The notes under the pieces: generated by a model
Told to the model about the DNA's origin: nothing
What the model saw: the letters and a program-made list of their open reading frames with translations, nothing else
Database searches by the model: none
Shown: positions 25,593 through 25,812 of the stretch, piece after piece
Layout of the letters: every line of letters begins with the position of its first letter
How positions within the stretch are numbered: the stretch's first letter is position 1
Made by a program: the position numbers and the translations under genes
From: Deltaproteobacteria bacterium
GTDB lineage: Bacteria; Myxococcota_A; UBA9160; SMWR01
Direction: 5' to 3'
Assembly (NCBI GenBank): GCA_032128375.1
Contig: JAQBGU010000166.1
Location: 1-25,812, forward strand
DNA: 25,812 nt

Positions 25593-25812
25593 GTGGCATC
25601 GCCGCACCCCGAAGAACTTCCGATCGGTCTCGAGACCGAGTACGCGATCAACTTCATCGGAACCAACGGCGAGAGTCTCGAACGCGATGACGTGCTGCGC
25701 CGCATGCTGGCGCTGGCCAGCAAGCATTTCGTGTGTCTGCGGGATGCTGCGGCGCCGGGTGTCTTTCTGTCGAATGGCGGCCGACTCTATATCGACGCCG
25801 GCTCGCATCCAG
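25593..25812 (+). CDS. pafA: Pup--protein ligase PafA family, N-terminus (partial, runs off the window)
   Basis: Not in the ORF track. GTG at 25593 translates as MASPHPEELPIGLETEYAINF...GVFLSNGGRLYIDAGSHP, with the canonical GxETEY and FL.NG.RLY.D.GSHP motifs. Confidence 0.85.
   Translation, partial: MASPHPEELPIGLETEYAINFIGTNGESLERDDVLRRMLALASKHFVCLRDAAAPGVFLSNGGRLYIDAGSHP

Noticed and set aside
1..25812. Mobile elements, tRNA or rRNA genes
   Set aside because: No transposase, integrase, terminal repeats or structural RNA signatures were recognised.

Overview
High-GC bacterial window with three parts. (1) 1-12.6 kb, accessory and metabolic genes: partial AI-2E transporter, truncated fatty-acid cis/trans isomerase, SGNH hydrolase, DUF2225-like Zn-ribbon protein, ECF sigma factor with a repeat-rich downstream ORF, membrane sensor fused to a trypsin-like protease, LuxR-type regulator, Baeyer-Villiger monooxygenase, metallophosphoesterase, and a P450-cNMP-binding fusion with two frameshifts. 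(2) 12.7-16.85 kb, a regulatory block: two SorC-type sugar-binding regulators transcribed divergently from a LytTR-like gene across an AT-rich spacer. (3) 16.96 kb to the window end, the most notable part: a tightly packed + strand cluster. It encodes a eukaryote-like ubiquitination set (FHA+RING E3-like, apparently circularly permuted E1/ThiF, E2, YbjN-like protein, ubiquitin-like protein ending in GG, JAB/MPN peptidase). This runs directly into pupylation/proteasome genes (ARC/Mpa-like ATPase, divergent Dop-like protein, Pup-like protein ending in GGQ, start of PafA). All calls come from reading motifs by eye; no database searches were run.
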